A model generated the notes under the pieces. That model was given only the letters and a program-made list of their open reading frames with translations, was not told the DNA's origin and searched no databases. 64,000 nt of DNA from Nitrospirota bacterium (GTDB lineage Bacteria > Nitrospirota > Thermodesulfovibrionia > Thermodesulfovibrionales > SM23-35): assembly GCA_963796125.1 (NCBI GenBank), contig CAWCKM010000050.1:10719-74718 (forward strand). The letters run 5' to 3'. Below are positions 55,281-64,000 of this stretch, piece by piece. Each line of letters opens with the position of its first letter. The first letter of the stretch is position 1. The position numbers and the translations under genes are program-made.

Positions 55281-55978
55281 ATGAAGCGTTTTAGAATTCT
55301 TGTGGCTCTGTTTGTTGTTGTTGTCTTCTTCTCAGGGCTTGTCTTTGCAGTGACTGAAAAAGGTGGTGAAGTCCCTGCAAAAACTGATGGATGGTAACAA
55401 GAGGTTTGTATCAGGAACTCTTGCACAGAAAGACCTCAGTGCTGAAAAGAGAGAAAGAGTTGGCCAAAGGGCAGAAACCCTTTGCCATTGTGCTTACCTG
55501 CTCTGACTCGAGAGTTCCACCTGAACTGCTTTTTGACCAGGGTCTCGGTGATGTCTTTGTGGTAAGGGTTGCAGGCAATGTTGTTGACCCGATAGCATTA
55601 GGAAGCATCGAATACGCAGCAGAACACCTAGGATCTCCACTTTTACTGATTCTTGGACATTCCAAATGCGGCGCGGTAAAAGCCACACTCGAGGCAAAAG
55701 GGAAACCTGAGGGCAATATCGGTGCAATAGTCAAAAAGATAATGCCTGCTGCTGATGCTGCAAAGAAAAAAGGCGGAACTCCGGATGAAATCCTTGAGAC
55801 CGCTATCAAGGAAAATACAAAGAATGTATATGCAGATGTTATGAAGAACAGCAAGATCATTCCTCATCTTATGCAAGAAGGAAAGTTCACGATTGCCGCT
55901 GGTGAGTATGATATTACAACAGGCAAGATCGAGATGATTGAGTTGCCGAAAGTAGCCCCTGCAAAGACCAAACATTAA
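55281..55978 (+). CDS. Beta-class carbonic anhydrase with signal peptide (5' frameshifts)
   Basis: CSDSRV, RVAGN, GHSKCGAV; MKRFRILVALFVVVVFFSGLVFA after GGAGG. Confidence 0.88.
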
Positions 55979-56172
55979 TTTGTGCCTGTTTAGCAATGAA
56001 TTATAAAAGGAAGCATCTCATATTTCATTGAAACCGAAGATGGATAGAAAATATGAGGTGCTTCCTGTATTGTACATATGACCGCCTCTCTTTCTGAATA
56101 ACCTACCTTATGGCAACCTTCACAGCCAAGAGTGAGATATAATAAAAACGATATTGAGAGGGGTATTTTCAT

Positions 56173-56810
56173 ATGAAGGTTTGTGAAATATTCTCAAGCA
56201 TACAGGGAGAATCAAGCTTTGCAGGTATACCATGCACCTTTATAAGGCTGACAGGATGCAATCTCAGGTGTTCTTACTGCGATACGTCTTATGCATATTA
56301 TGAAGGACAAGAACTTACAGCAGATGAGATTATCAGAGAAGTACAACGCACCGGCATAAACCTTGTCGAGATTACCGGGGGAGAGCCACTTCTTCAAAAT
56401 GAGGTCCCACCTTCTCATCAAACGGCTTCTTGATGAAGGTTATAAGGTATTAGTTGAAACAAATGGATCGCAAGAGCATAAAAAAAATTGCCAAAAAGGC
56501 AATTGTGATACTCGATATAAAAACACCTGGCAGCGGCATGAGTAAGGAAATGGATTTTTCAAATCTTGATTACATAAAAAGTTCTGATGAGATAAAGTTC
56601 GTTATTACAAACAGAGAAGATTATGAATGGTCAAAGGATATAATTCAAAAATATAAGCTAATGGAAAAATGTAAACTCCTTTTTTCCCCTGCCTTTGGAA
56701 TCCTCCCACCCGAAAACCTTGCGAAATGGATAATTGGTGATAAACTAAAAATAAGGTTTAATCTACAGCTCCATAAATATATTTTCAGTTCTGAGCAGAG
56801 GGGAATATAA
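56173..56810 (+). CDS. queE: 7-carboxy-7-deazaguanine synthase, radical SAM (frameshifts)
   Basis: SIQGE, RLTGCNLRCSYCDT, TGGEPLLQ, QLHKYI. Confidence 0.85.
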
Positions 56811-56818
56811 CCCCTCTA

Positions 56819-57475
56819 TCATTTTTTGCCCTTACCGTTATTTCCCTTTCCCTTTTCTTTATTTTTCTCCTTTCCAATGTCATTCTTTCTGCCTTCTCCT
56901 TTTTCCTTTCCACCCTTCTTCTCTTTTACAACTTCGTCATTAATTGCTACAAAATTTTTCCCACCTTCTCTCAGTTTCATTACTTTCTCAGGTCCATACT
57001 TGTAGTGATCTGATACAAATCTAAGGTTAACAAGATTAACAACATCAGCATCGCTGAGGTCTATTGTCCTCCATTGCTTCTTTGGTTTCTTTTTGTAATA
57101 TCCATATGCCTTTCCATAAGGAGGACCAATAACAACAGTTTCTCTCACAGGGACGTAGAATATTTCCGGACCAAGGCCAAAATGCAGAGAAATATCCAGC
57201 CAGCTTTTCCCCGCTAATCTGAGGTCCATTATTGCTGATGGTCTCACATGAGCCTTTTGAGCGAGAAAGAAGACAACGGGTATTTCCTCATCAGGAATGT
57301 GCCTATCCCTGACAATTACTACCTCCCTCTCCGGAACCCTGTAATAATTTCCTACTGCAAGATAAAAACCTCTGAGACCCTCCTCACCAATAGATACTCC
57401 CAAATCTACTGAAGCCTCAGCACTTCCCATAGGAGAAAAAATAATGAGGGCCAAAATAATTAACAAGATATGCAT
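56819..57475 (-). CDS. Exported hypothetical protein with Lys/Gly-rich tail
   Basis: Signal peptide; GPPYGKAYGYYKK; RBS GGAGG. Confidence 0.7.
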   Translation of the reverse strand: MHILLIILALIIFSPMGSAEASVDLGVSIGEEGLRGFYLAVGNYYRVPEREVVIVRDRHIPDEEIPVVFFLAQKAHVRPSAIMDLRLAGKSWLDISLHFGLGPEIFYVPVRETVVIGPPYGKAYGYYKKKPKKQWRTIDLSDADVVNLVNLRFVSDHYKYGPEKVMKLREGGKNFVAINDEVVKEKKGGKEKGEGRKNDIGKEKNKEKGKGNNGKGKK

Positions 57476-57560
57476 AACCTCCTCCTTTCTCATTACATCA
57501 GATTCTAATCCGAAAAGACTTGAATGTAAATATGTTTTATAATTTGGACATCTTCTCTTC

Positions 57561-57576
57561 TGTGAGAAAAATCACG
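57561..57576. promoter_or_regulatory. CRP-family-like site TGTGA-N6-TCACG between divergent genes
   Basis: tgtgagaaaaatcacg. Confidence 0.5.
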
Positions 57577-57614
57577 GAAGCTAAGCAGTTTTTCTCTCAC
57601 TGTAATGGTGAAAA

Positions 57615-58367
57615 TTGTTGACAGGTAAGGCTTTTAGTGTTAAGATGTTTATAATGGAAAAAGTTCTGATAATTTGCGGACTTATTCTAACTTTTGTTTC
57701 CTTTTCCTATGCCGATGTCTACCAATATACATCTGAAGACGGTGTAGTTTGTTATACAGACCTGCCGTTTGGTAAAAAAGCAGACCTTATCATGAAAGAT
57801 AAGAGCGAGTTACCTCCAACCAAGCAGAGATACGATAGAACAGTCTATAAAGACACCGAATACTACCAAAGCATAATCCACGAAAAGGCTTCAAAATACA
57901 ATATAGATCCTTCCCTTGTCAAGGCTGTTATTAAGACAGAGTCAAATTGGAATGAAAAAGCTGTTTCAAGGAAAGGCGCTATAGGTCTTATGCAGCTAAT
58001 GCCTTCAACCGCAAGCGATATGAATGTTCGCAATCCATTCAACCCTGAAGAGAATATCGAAGGTGGTGTGAAATACCTGCGTTACCTCATCGAACGATTC
58101 AACGGTGATCTTACCCTTGCACTCGCTGCATACAATGCCGGGCCAAAATGGGTTGATAGATTTGGAGTAGTCCCTCCGATTACCGAGACAAAGCAATATG
58201 TCAAAAAAGTCCTTTCCCTTTACAATGGCAGTTCTCCCTCTTTCATAACCGAAACTGATACGGGAAAAGAAAAAAGGCCCGATCCGATTTATAAAGTGAG
58301 TTTACAAGACGGCACCGTCCTTTTTACCAATTCCCCGTTTATGCTTAAAGACGCCGTCAGGTTTTAG
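57615..58367 (+). CDS. Lytic transglycosylase (SLT) with DUF4124-like N-terminus
   Basis: ES, GLMQLMP, AAYNAG; true start may be 57654. Confidence 0.88.
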   Translation: MLTGKAFSVKMFIMEKVLIICGLILTFVSFSYADVYQYTSEDGVVCYTDLPFGKKADLIMKDKSELPPTKQRYDRTVYKDTEYYQSIIHEKASKYNIDPSLVKAVIKTESNWNEKAVSRKGAIGLMQLMPSTASDMNVRNPFNPEENIEGGVKYLRYLIERFNGDLTLALAAYNAGPKWVDRFGVVPPITETKQYVKKVLSLYNGSSPSFITETDTGKEKRPDPIYKVSLQDGTVLFTNSPFMLKDAVRF

Positions 58368-59357
58368 ATGCCTTTTGATGATACGACCTTCCTTCGAGAC
58401 GAGATCCTCAAACTAAAAAATCAGCGAAGAGCAATCATTCTTTCGCACAACTATCAGAGGGATGAGGTTCAGGAGATTGCTGATTTTGTTGGTGATTCCC
58501 TTGAACTCTCAAGGACTGCAGCAACAATTGATTGTGATATTATTCTTTTTGCAGGCGTTACTTTTATGGCTGAGAGCGCTGCAATTCTCTCTCCCGATAA
58601 AATAGTCCTCACTACAGAGATGGATGCTCTCTGTCCCATGGCAGATATGATCAGGGTAAATTCGCCGAGGCCCGTTAAAAAAGAATTTCCAGAATTTGAG
58701 AATCCACCTTCTTTCATCTTCCCTGTTGATTTTTCCTTAAGGGATATCAAAAAGAAATATCCGGGAGTACCTGTTGTTGCATATGTCAATACAACGGCTG
58801 ATGTAAAGGCAGAAAGCAACATCTGCTGCACCTCAGCAAACGTTGTAAAGGTTGTCGATTCCCTCCCTGATAAAAAGGTAATATGCATACCTGACAAAAA
58901 CCTTTCTTTATGGGCAGCAAAAAATACCAGGAAAGAGGTTATCGCATGGGATGGCTTCTGCCATGTTCACGAAAGGGTAACCGTGGCCGATGTAAAAAAA
59001 GCACGTGCAAAACATACCAAAGCACTCTTTATGGCACATCCCGAATGCAGGCTTGAAGTACTCGAAATAGCTGACCATGTAACAAGTACCTCCGGCATGT
59101 TGAGGTTTGCAAAGACCTCCTCTGAGAAAGAATTCATTGTGGGTACTGAAGTAGGATTGCTATACCGACTGAGAAAGGAAAATCCTGACAAGGTCTTTTA
59201 CGCCCTGAGAGAGGACATGGTATGTCCTGAGATGAAAAAAACCACCCTGAAAAGTCTGCTCAGGGCATTAAAAGAAAACACGTATCTCATAAAGTTGCCT
59301 GATGAAATTAGAATCCCTGCCAAGAAAGCCCTTGACAGGATGCTTGAGATACGATAA
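58368..59357 (+). CDS. nadA: Quinolinate synthase
   Basis: HNYQ, GDSL, YVNT, CCTSAN, CHVH, AHPEC, GTE, CPEMK. Confidence 0.93.
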   Translation: MPFDDTTFLRDEILKLKNQRRAIILSHNYQRDEVQEIADFVGDSLELSRTAATIDCDIILFAGVTFMAESAAILSPDKIVLTTEMDALCPMADMIRVNSPRPVKKEFPEFENPPSFIFPVDFSLRDIKKKYPGVPVVAYVNTTADVKAESNICCTSANVVKVVDSLPDKKVICIPDKNLSLWAAKNTRKEVIAWDGFCHVHERVTVADVKKARAKHTKALFMAHPECRLEVLEIADHVTSTSGMLRFAKTSSEKEFIVGTEVGLLYRLRKENPDKVFYALREDMVCPEMKKTTLKSLLRALKENTYLIKLPDEIRIPAKKALDRMLEIR

Positions 59358-59366
59358 GGATACAGA

Positions 59367-59741
59367 ATGAATATCTTTGCCAGAATTGCTGAACGACGTA
59401 TCAGAGAGGCTATGGAAAATGGCGAGTTTGATAACCTCGAAGGGATGGGAAAGCCTATCACCTTCGAGGATGAAACCATGATTCCTGAGGATCTGAGGAT
59501 GGTCTACAGGATTTTAAAAAATGCAGGCTGTATCCCGCCTGAGCTCGAACTAAGAAATGAAGTAGTAAATATGTCTGCATTGATAAATACAATAGACGAT
59601 GACAAAGAGAGGCTAAAGAAAATAAGGGAGTTCAATTTTAAACTTCTTAGACTCAATATCATGAGAAAGAGACCCTTCAGCCTCGATGAGTTTCCAGAAT
59701 ACGAATTCAAGGTTGCCGATAAATTAACCGGCGGTCTCTAA
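59367..59741 (+). CDS. DUF1992 family protein
   Basis: AERRIREAMENGEFDNLEGMGKP, ILKNAG..PPE. Confidence 0.85.
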   Translation: MNIFARIAERRIREAMENGEFDNLEGMGKPITFEDETMIPEDLRMVYRILKNAGCIPPELELRNEVVNMSALINTIDDDKERLKKIREFNFKLLRLNIMRKRPFSLDEFPEYEFKVADKLTGGL

Positions 59742-59747
59742 GGACGG

Positions 59748-60158
59748 CTACTGCTCCTTCAGCAAGTCCTCAATCTGTGGCGCTGAATCCAGATCTGTTT
59801 CAGAGAGATTTTGCAAGAGAAAATCCATAAGCATATTTGTAATCTCTTCCTTTGTCTCTTCAGGAGCAAGCCGATATGCAGTCCTCAGTGAAGGAACTGC
59901 TTCACGCCATTTCCCGAGATTCAGATAAGACTTGCCTATGTATAAGTAGGCCAGTCCAAAATTCGGGTCAAGTTCAGTAGCTTTTTCAAAATGCAGCAAA
60001 GCATCATCGTATTTTCCGCGATTAAACAAGGAAGGACCAAGGTCAAATTCTTCTTGAACGTCTGTCTTGCTTTTCAATCCTGCACAAGAGAGGAGAAGAC
60101 TTACAACAAGAACAATAAAAATAATCCTTGCTAAATTCAGTAATTTCATGGATATCAT
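59748..60158 (-). CDS. TPR lipoprotein
   Basis: Lipobox LLSC; TPR FEKATELDPNFGLAY. Confidence 0.8.
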   Translation of the reverse strand: MISMKLLNLARIIFIVLVVSLLLSCAGLKSKTDVQEEFDLGPSLFNRGKYDDALLHFEKATELDPNFGLAYLYIGKSYLNLGKWREAVPSLRTAYRLAPEETKEEITNMLMDFLLQNLSETDLDSAPQIEDLLKEQ

Positions 60159-60492
60159 AATAAAACAAAACTTTTACCTTTTCCAGCAAAAATTAAAAAC
60201 CTGCTACTGTTGTAAATTGTTTCGAAGGGATTGATATTTTAAAAGAGAAAATACAACAAGTTATGTTTCTACGTTTTTTATGGAGGAATCCATTATCCTA
60301 AAGATCGAATCATAAGCAAAGGGATGATGAACCTCAGAAAAGAAGTAACCGTTCAGAACAAGCAGCTTTTTATGGTAGTAAGGGGGAAATCATTGCATAT
60401 TTGTGAACTTTTTTATAGCATAAATCAGTTAAATAGTCTGATCAGTCATTCTGTAATGTAAGTCAAAACTATTTAAAAAAGGAGTAAAGCAA

Positions 60493-60849
60493 ATGACAGC
60501 AGAAGACGAGGAGATTAACAAAGAACTCCATGAACTATGGCTTCAGGATTATGAAAAATGGAAGCAGATAAAAAGAGAAAACAGAGGAAAATCTGTCAAA
60601 AAATTCTGGGCTCTTTTTGTAAAATATGCAATTGTTCTCACCGTTGGAATTTATATCGGAATAATCAGCCAGCTACATCTCTCGATATTAGCCATTACCT
60701 TTTATATTCTCACCATAGGCCTGTGTTCATTTCTATTCGTTTTTATATTTCACCATAGCGACAGGGAACTCCGTCCGGAAACCCCTCCCTCCCCTAAAAG
60801 ATATATTTGGGAGAATGGAGAATTAATAGCTGAGAACCCGGAAGAATAG
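60493..60849 (+). CDS. Hypothetical two-TM membrane protein
   Basis: AAGGAG RBS; two hydrophobic segments. Confidence 0.55.
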   Translation: MTAEDEEINKELHELWLQDYEKWKQIKRENRGKSVKKFWALFVKYAIVLTVGIYIGIISQLHLSILAITFYILTIGLCSFLFVFIFHHSDRELRPETPPSPKRYIWENGELIAENPEE

Positions 60850-60949
60850 CGTAGCCTGATGTTACCCCACATAAGACTATGTCCTCATTAATAACATTAA
60901 GGTGCTCCTTGGAAAACATCTATAGGAATTAATTACTATAAATACTAAG

Positions 60950-61240
60950 ATGAAAATAATACGAGAAAGGTATTACAAACGCAATGCATGTTTCTTAAAG
61001 CTGTTTAGCTCCATCCGCAGTGAAAAAGGACAGACGCTCGTTGAATACTCATTCTTAATTTCCTTATCCGCGATGATGAACAGCATCGTAAGTTTTTTTC
61101 AGGAAAATCTGCTTGTTGCTTTTATTATTGCAGCACTGTTTATTATTATGCTTTTCAAAAAGCCAAAACTCTTTTTAGTTGTTATTTTGATTGTTCTGCT
61201 TTTAATAGGAGTACTTTATCTGATTTCAATTTTGTCATAA
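60950..61240 (+). CDS. Small membrane protein with Flp/type IVb prepilin-like motif
   Basis: EKG/QTLVEY followed by hydrophobic segments. Confidence 0.5.
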   Translation: MKIIRERYYKRNACFLKLFSSIRSEKGQTLVEYSFLISLSAMMNSIVSFFQENLLVAFIIAALFIIMLFKKPKLFLVVILIVLLLIGVLYLISILS

Positions 61241-61286
61241 GTATTATTTTCTACCTTTCATGATTATGTAATTGCTGAAGATGTTC

Positions 61287-61331
61287 TGGCGGGGTGGACG
61301 GGAATTGAACCCGCGACCTCTGGCTTGACAG
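61287..61331 (-). tRNA. tRNA-Asp(GTC) 3' half only; probable att site
   Basis: Minus strand CTGTCAAGCCAGAGGTCGCGGGTTCAATTCCCGTCCACCCCGCCA; 5' half absent. Confidence 0.85.
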
Positions 61332-61672
61332 CCGAAAATCTCAATCCTCATCAATCTACATCAAGTAAAATCAATAGCTTAGAAGAATCAAAATCATGAA
61401 AGATGGCTTTTCTGCAAAGTTTTTGAGGTAAACAGTTACAAAATGGTTACAGTGAACGGGGGGCCGAGATGTGTATGCCCCCTTCTCTCTTCCGGTTAAG
61501 CTTCAATCTGAAGTTGCATAAAAGCAAAACTGAATAAGATTATCGGCATTGTAACAATTGCAGATTGAAGCTTAACCGAAGTCCGCATTGCTGAAAAATA
61601 AAGGCCATGGGGAAACCTGGGGCTTTTTTGTTGTTGACAGCAATGATAATATAATTTATCATTAATATAGTC

Positions 61673-61957
61673 ATGAATGTTGTATATAAATCTGCATTCA
61701 GGAAGTTTGTAAAGAAGCAGTCAAGACCCTTTCAACTTGTAATCGAAGATGAGACAGAAAGAATATTAAAAGACCCCGAAATGGGAGAAGCAAAGAAGGG
61801 AGACCTGGCTGGATTCAGAGTTCATAAGTTCTCATTCCATAAACAGAAATATTTGATTGCATACAGGATACAAGGAAAGGAGATTATTTTTTACATGATA
61901 GATACTCACGAGAATTTTTATCGTGAGCTAAAACGCTACGTAAGGGAGGTAGAATAA
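61673..61957 (+). CDS. RelE/ParE family toxin
   Basis: GEAKKGDLAGFRVHKF, YLIAY, HENFYRELKRY. Confidence 0.85.
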   Translation: MNVVYKSAFRKFVKKQSRPFQLVIEDETERILKDPEMGEAKKGDLAGFRVHKFSFHKQKYLIAYRIQGKEIIFYMIDTHENFYRELKRYVREVE

Positions 61958-61959
61958 CC

Positions 61960-62271
61960 ATGATTACTGCAGAAAAGGTTTATAAAGAGATATTAGAGAT
62001 GCCGGTTAAAGAGAGGGAAAAGCTGTTTGTTGTCATAGCAAAACGGGGATTTGAGAAAGACCTCTACACCCATGAAGAGGTATTCGAGGACATAAGGCAG
62101 GCACCTTTCACCATTAAAGAGGCGTCTGAGTATCTTGAGGTAGCAGAGATAACAGTAAGAAGATGGGTAAGAGACGGTATCCTGAAGTTTAAGAGGATTG
62201 GTAGAAACATTGTGTTTGATGCTGATGTCCTGAAAGAGTTTAAGATGAAGAGACAGGAAAAAATGAATTAG
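61960..62271 (+). CDS. Excisionase-like HTH protein, putative antitoxin
   Basis: FTIKEASEYLEVAEITVRRWVRDG; 2 bp after the toxin. Confidence 0.75.
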   Translation: MITAEKVYKEILEMPVKEREKLFVVIAKRGFEKDLYTHEEVFEDIRQAPFTIKEASEYLEVAEITVRRWVRDGILKFKRIGRNIVFDADVLKEFKMKRQEKMN

Positions 62272-62478
62272 AGTTATTCAGGGGATATGGTAGCTCCCGA
62301 AAGCGGTAACTCCTACAGCCTGCCCCTAATGAAATCGGGGGCTTTATTTTTGGACAAAGATATTCAATTCTCGGATCATTGCGTTGAAATTTCTGACGAT
62401 ATCCTATGCTACTCATGTTTCATTAGTCCTCCTTTTGTGTTACAGTTTATACCGTGACACCAAAAGAGTTACCTAATA

Positions 62479-64000
62479 CCCATCTTCGACACTTTGCAAA
62501 AAATAATTTAGCAATAACAATCGGTTATGAAGGCAAAAAAGGAGCGTGGCACTATGAAATCCTGATTTCTTGTTATGTCTGAAACTGAGATAATCATCTC
62601 TTAACCGCTTCTTTTTCTTCGCTGGTTATTATCTTTACCGTAGGAGGGATGGCTACACCTGCTGCCTGTAATGCCTTACCCGCAGCACCCTTTAGTTCAC
62701 TTCTGAGAAACACTTCTTTGTTGCCGGTCTGTATCCTTATTTGTTTCAACTCTTCAAGATCATTCATCAGGTCTGCCCACTCCACCTCCCACCCCCTTTG
62801 CTCTATCCTTCCCTGCAATTCTTTGATGAGCAGAAGCGACAGAAAGCTGCAAAACACATGACCCCGTATCGTTTCATCACACTTGTGATATATAGGGCGT
62901 GTGCTCAGGATTGTCTTCAGTGATCGAAATATCTGTTCAACCATCCATAACTGCTTGTATTGCAACGCTACATCTCTGGAGGACAAAGCCGTATTCGTTG
63001 TCAGCACCCATTTTCCATCAAACCTGGCTTCTGCCTTTATCTTTTCTTCATCGATCTGAAACCGTGTCCCCGAAAGCTTCAGATATTTCCTATATCCTTT
63101 ATTGCCCACCAGTGTCTTCTCCCCCCGTTTCAGTCTGTCTCTTAATGCCGCGATAATGGCCTCTCTATCTATAGCATCTTTCTTCGCCTGATCTCCATTT
63201 AAACAAATAATGTATCTCTTGCCACTTGCCGTTACTTCTTTTACTTTTAGCGGAGACGGCGCCTTGCTGTTCGTACTTTTTGGATATACTTCTTCATAAC
63301 GCCCGGCACGCCCTATCACTTCTTCCCTGACTTCCTTCTGGCGTCTCATCCTTACACCCAATATGTACTGCAGTCCTTTTGTTGCCTCTATCTCCTTGAT
63401 CGTCTCTTTGCTGATCATCCCCCGATCCGCTACAATGCATACCCTTTGTATCCCAAAGCGACTCCGTAATCGCGCCACGACCGGCAACAACGTCTGTACA
63501 TCCGCCGTACTGCCAGGCCACAACTCACAGCATATCGGCCTTCCATGTCCATCGATGATTATCCCTACAACCATCTGCTTCAAATCAGGGCGATGGTCTT
63601 TTGAATGTCCGTACGCCCCGATCTCCTCTCCCCCATTACCCTCAAAATAAATGCTTGTCGTATCAAAAAAAACAAGAGTGAGATCTCCAAATAGATCCCT
63701 GTTTTTCTGAAATATCCCCTCCTCAATCTCATCCTTTACACATCTCGATGCAAACGGAGTTGACCCTCTTTGTTGTTCTTCCGGCAATTGCTCACCAAGC
63801 CATGCCATAGCACGGTACAAATGGTGAAGGTCTATGCTCTCTGTCCCGTCAATCTTGTACTTTTGTTTCCACTTCTCCGCCGCTCGGTCTGAACCCGATA
63901 CGCTTAATCTGTGTAGTACCGTAAGGAATATCGCCCTCTCTACCGGAAACTGATATCTCCTGTCTCCTAAAAGCTTCTCTATTACCGACTGTATCCCTGT
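62479..64000 (-). mobile_element. IS1634 family IS (DDE transposase 62594 to >64000, runs off the window)
   Basis: FFDTTSIYFEG, GHSKDHRPDLKQ, VADRGM, YKQLWMVEQIFR; candidate end CCCATCTTCGACA at 62479. Confidence 0.9.

Noticed and set aside
42886-59357. NAD salvage/synthesis genes (nicotinamidase-like, pncB, nadA) as part of the TIR system
   Set aside because: They lie 27-45 kb away among housekeeping genes; no evidence of linkage.

Overview
Bacterial chromosomal window of moderately low GC. Gene content and repeat style suggest a Gram-negative anaerobe, possibly Nitrospirota/Thermodesulfovibrionia-like (inference). It is mostly housekeeping: asnS, degQ, msrB, murC-like, hup, yceD-rpmF-plsX-fabH, purN-rsmD-coaD, rarA, pncB, nadA, queE, and a MacAB-TolC-type exporter. 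It also has a C1 cluster (NuoE/NuoF-like + selenocysteine FdhF + cNMP-binding protein + fhs). Many conserved genes carry single-base frameshifts, most likely long-read indel errors. There are three accessory regions: (1) about 11.5-17.1 kb, with a two-gene TIR-transmembrane receptor / secreted TPR-array pair, a 5'-truncated group II intron and a decayed DUF433 TA locus; (2) about 23.1-28.0 kb, with an IS91-family transposase + tyrosine recombinase element and a secreted tandem-repeat protein; (3) 61.3 kb to the end, the edge of an island bounded by a tRNA-Asp 3' half (att site), with a RelE-HTH TA pair and IS1634. The best novel-system candidate is 12191-15360. Once two frameshifts are repaired, the first gene reads as a cytoplasmic TIR domain, an amyloid-signalling-like motif, one TM helix and a periplasmic beta-sandwich. 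The next gene encodes an exported protein with a related beta-sandwich and a mosaic 50-aa TPR array, giving a Toll-like split-receptor architecture. All family calls are from motif recognition by eye; no searches were run.
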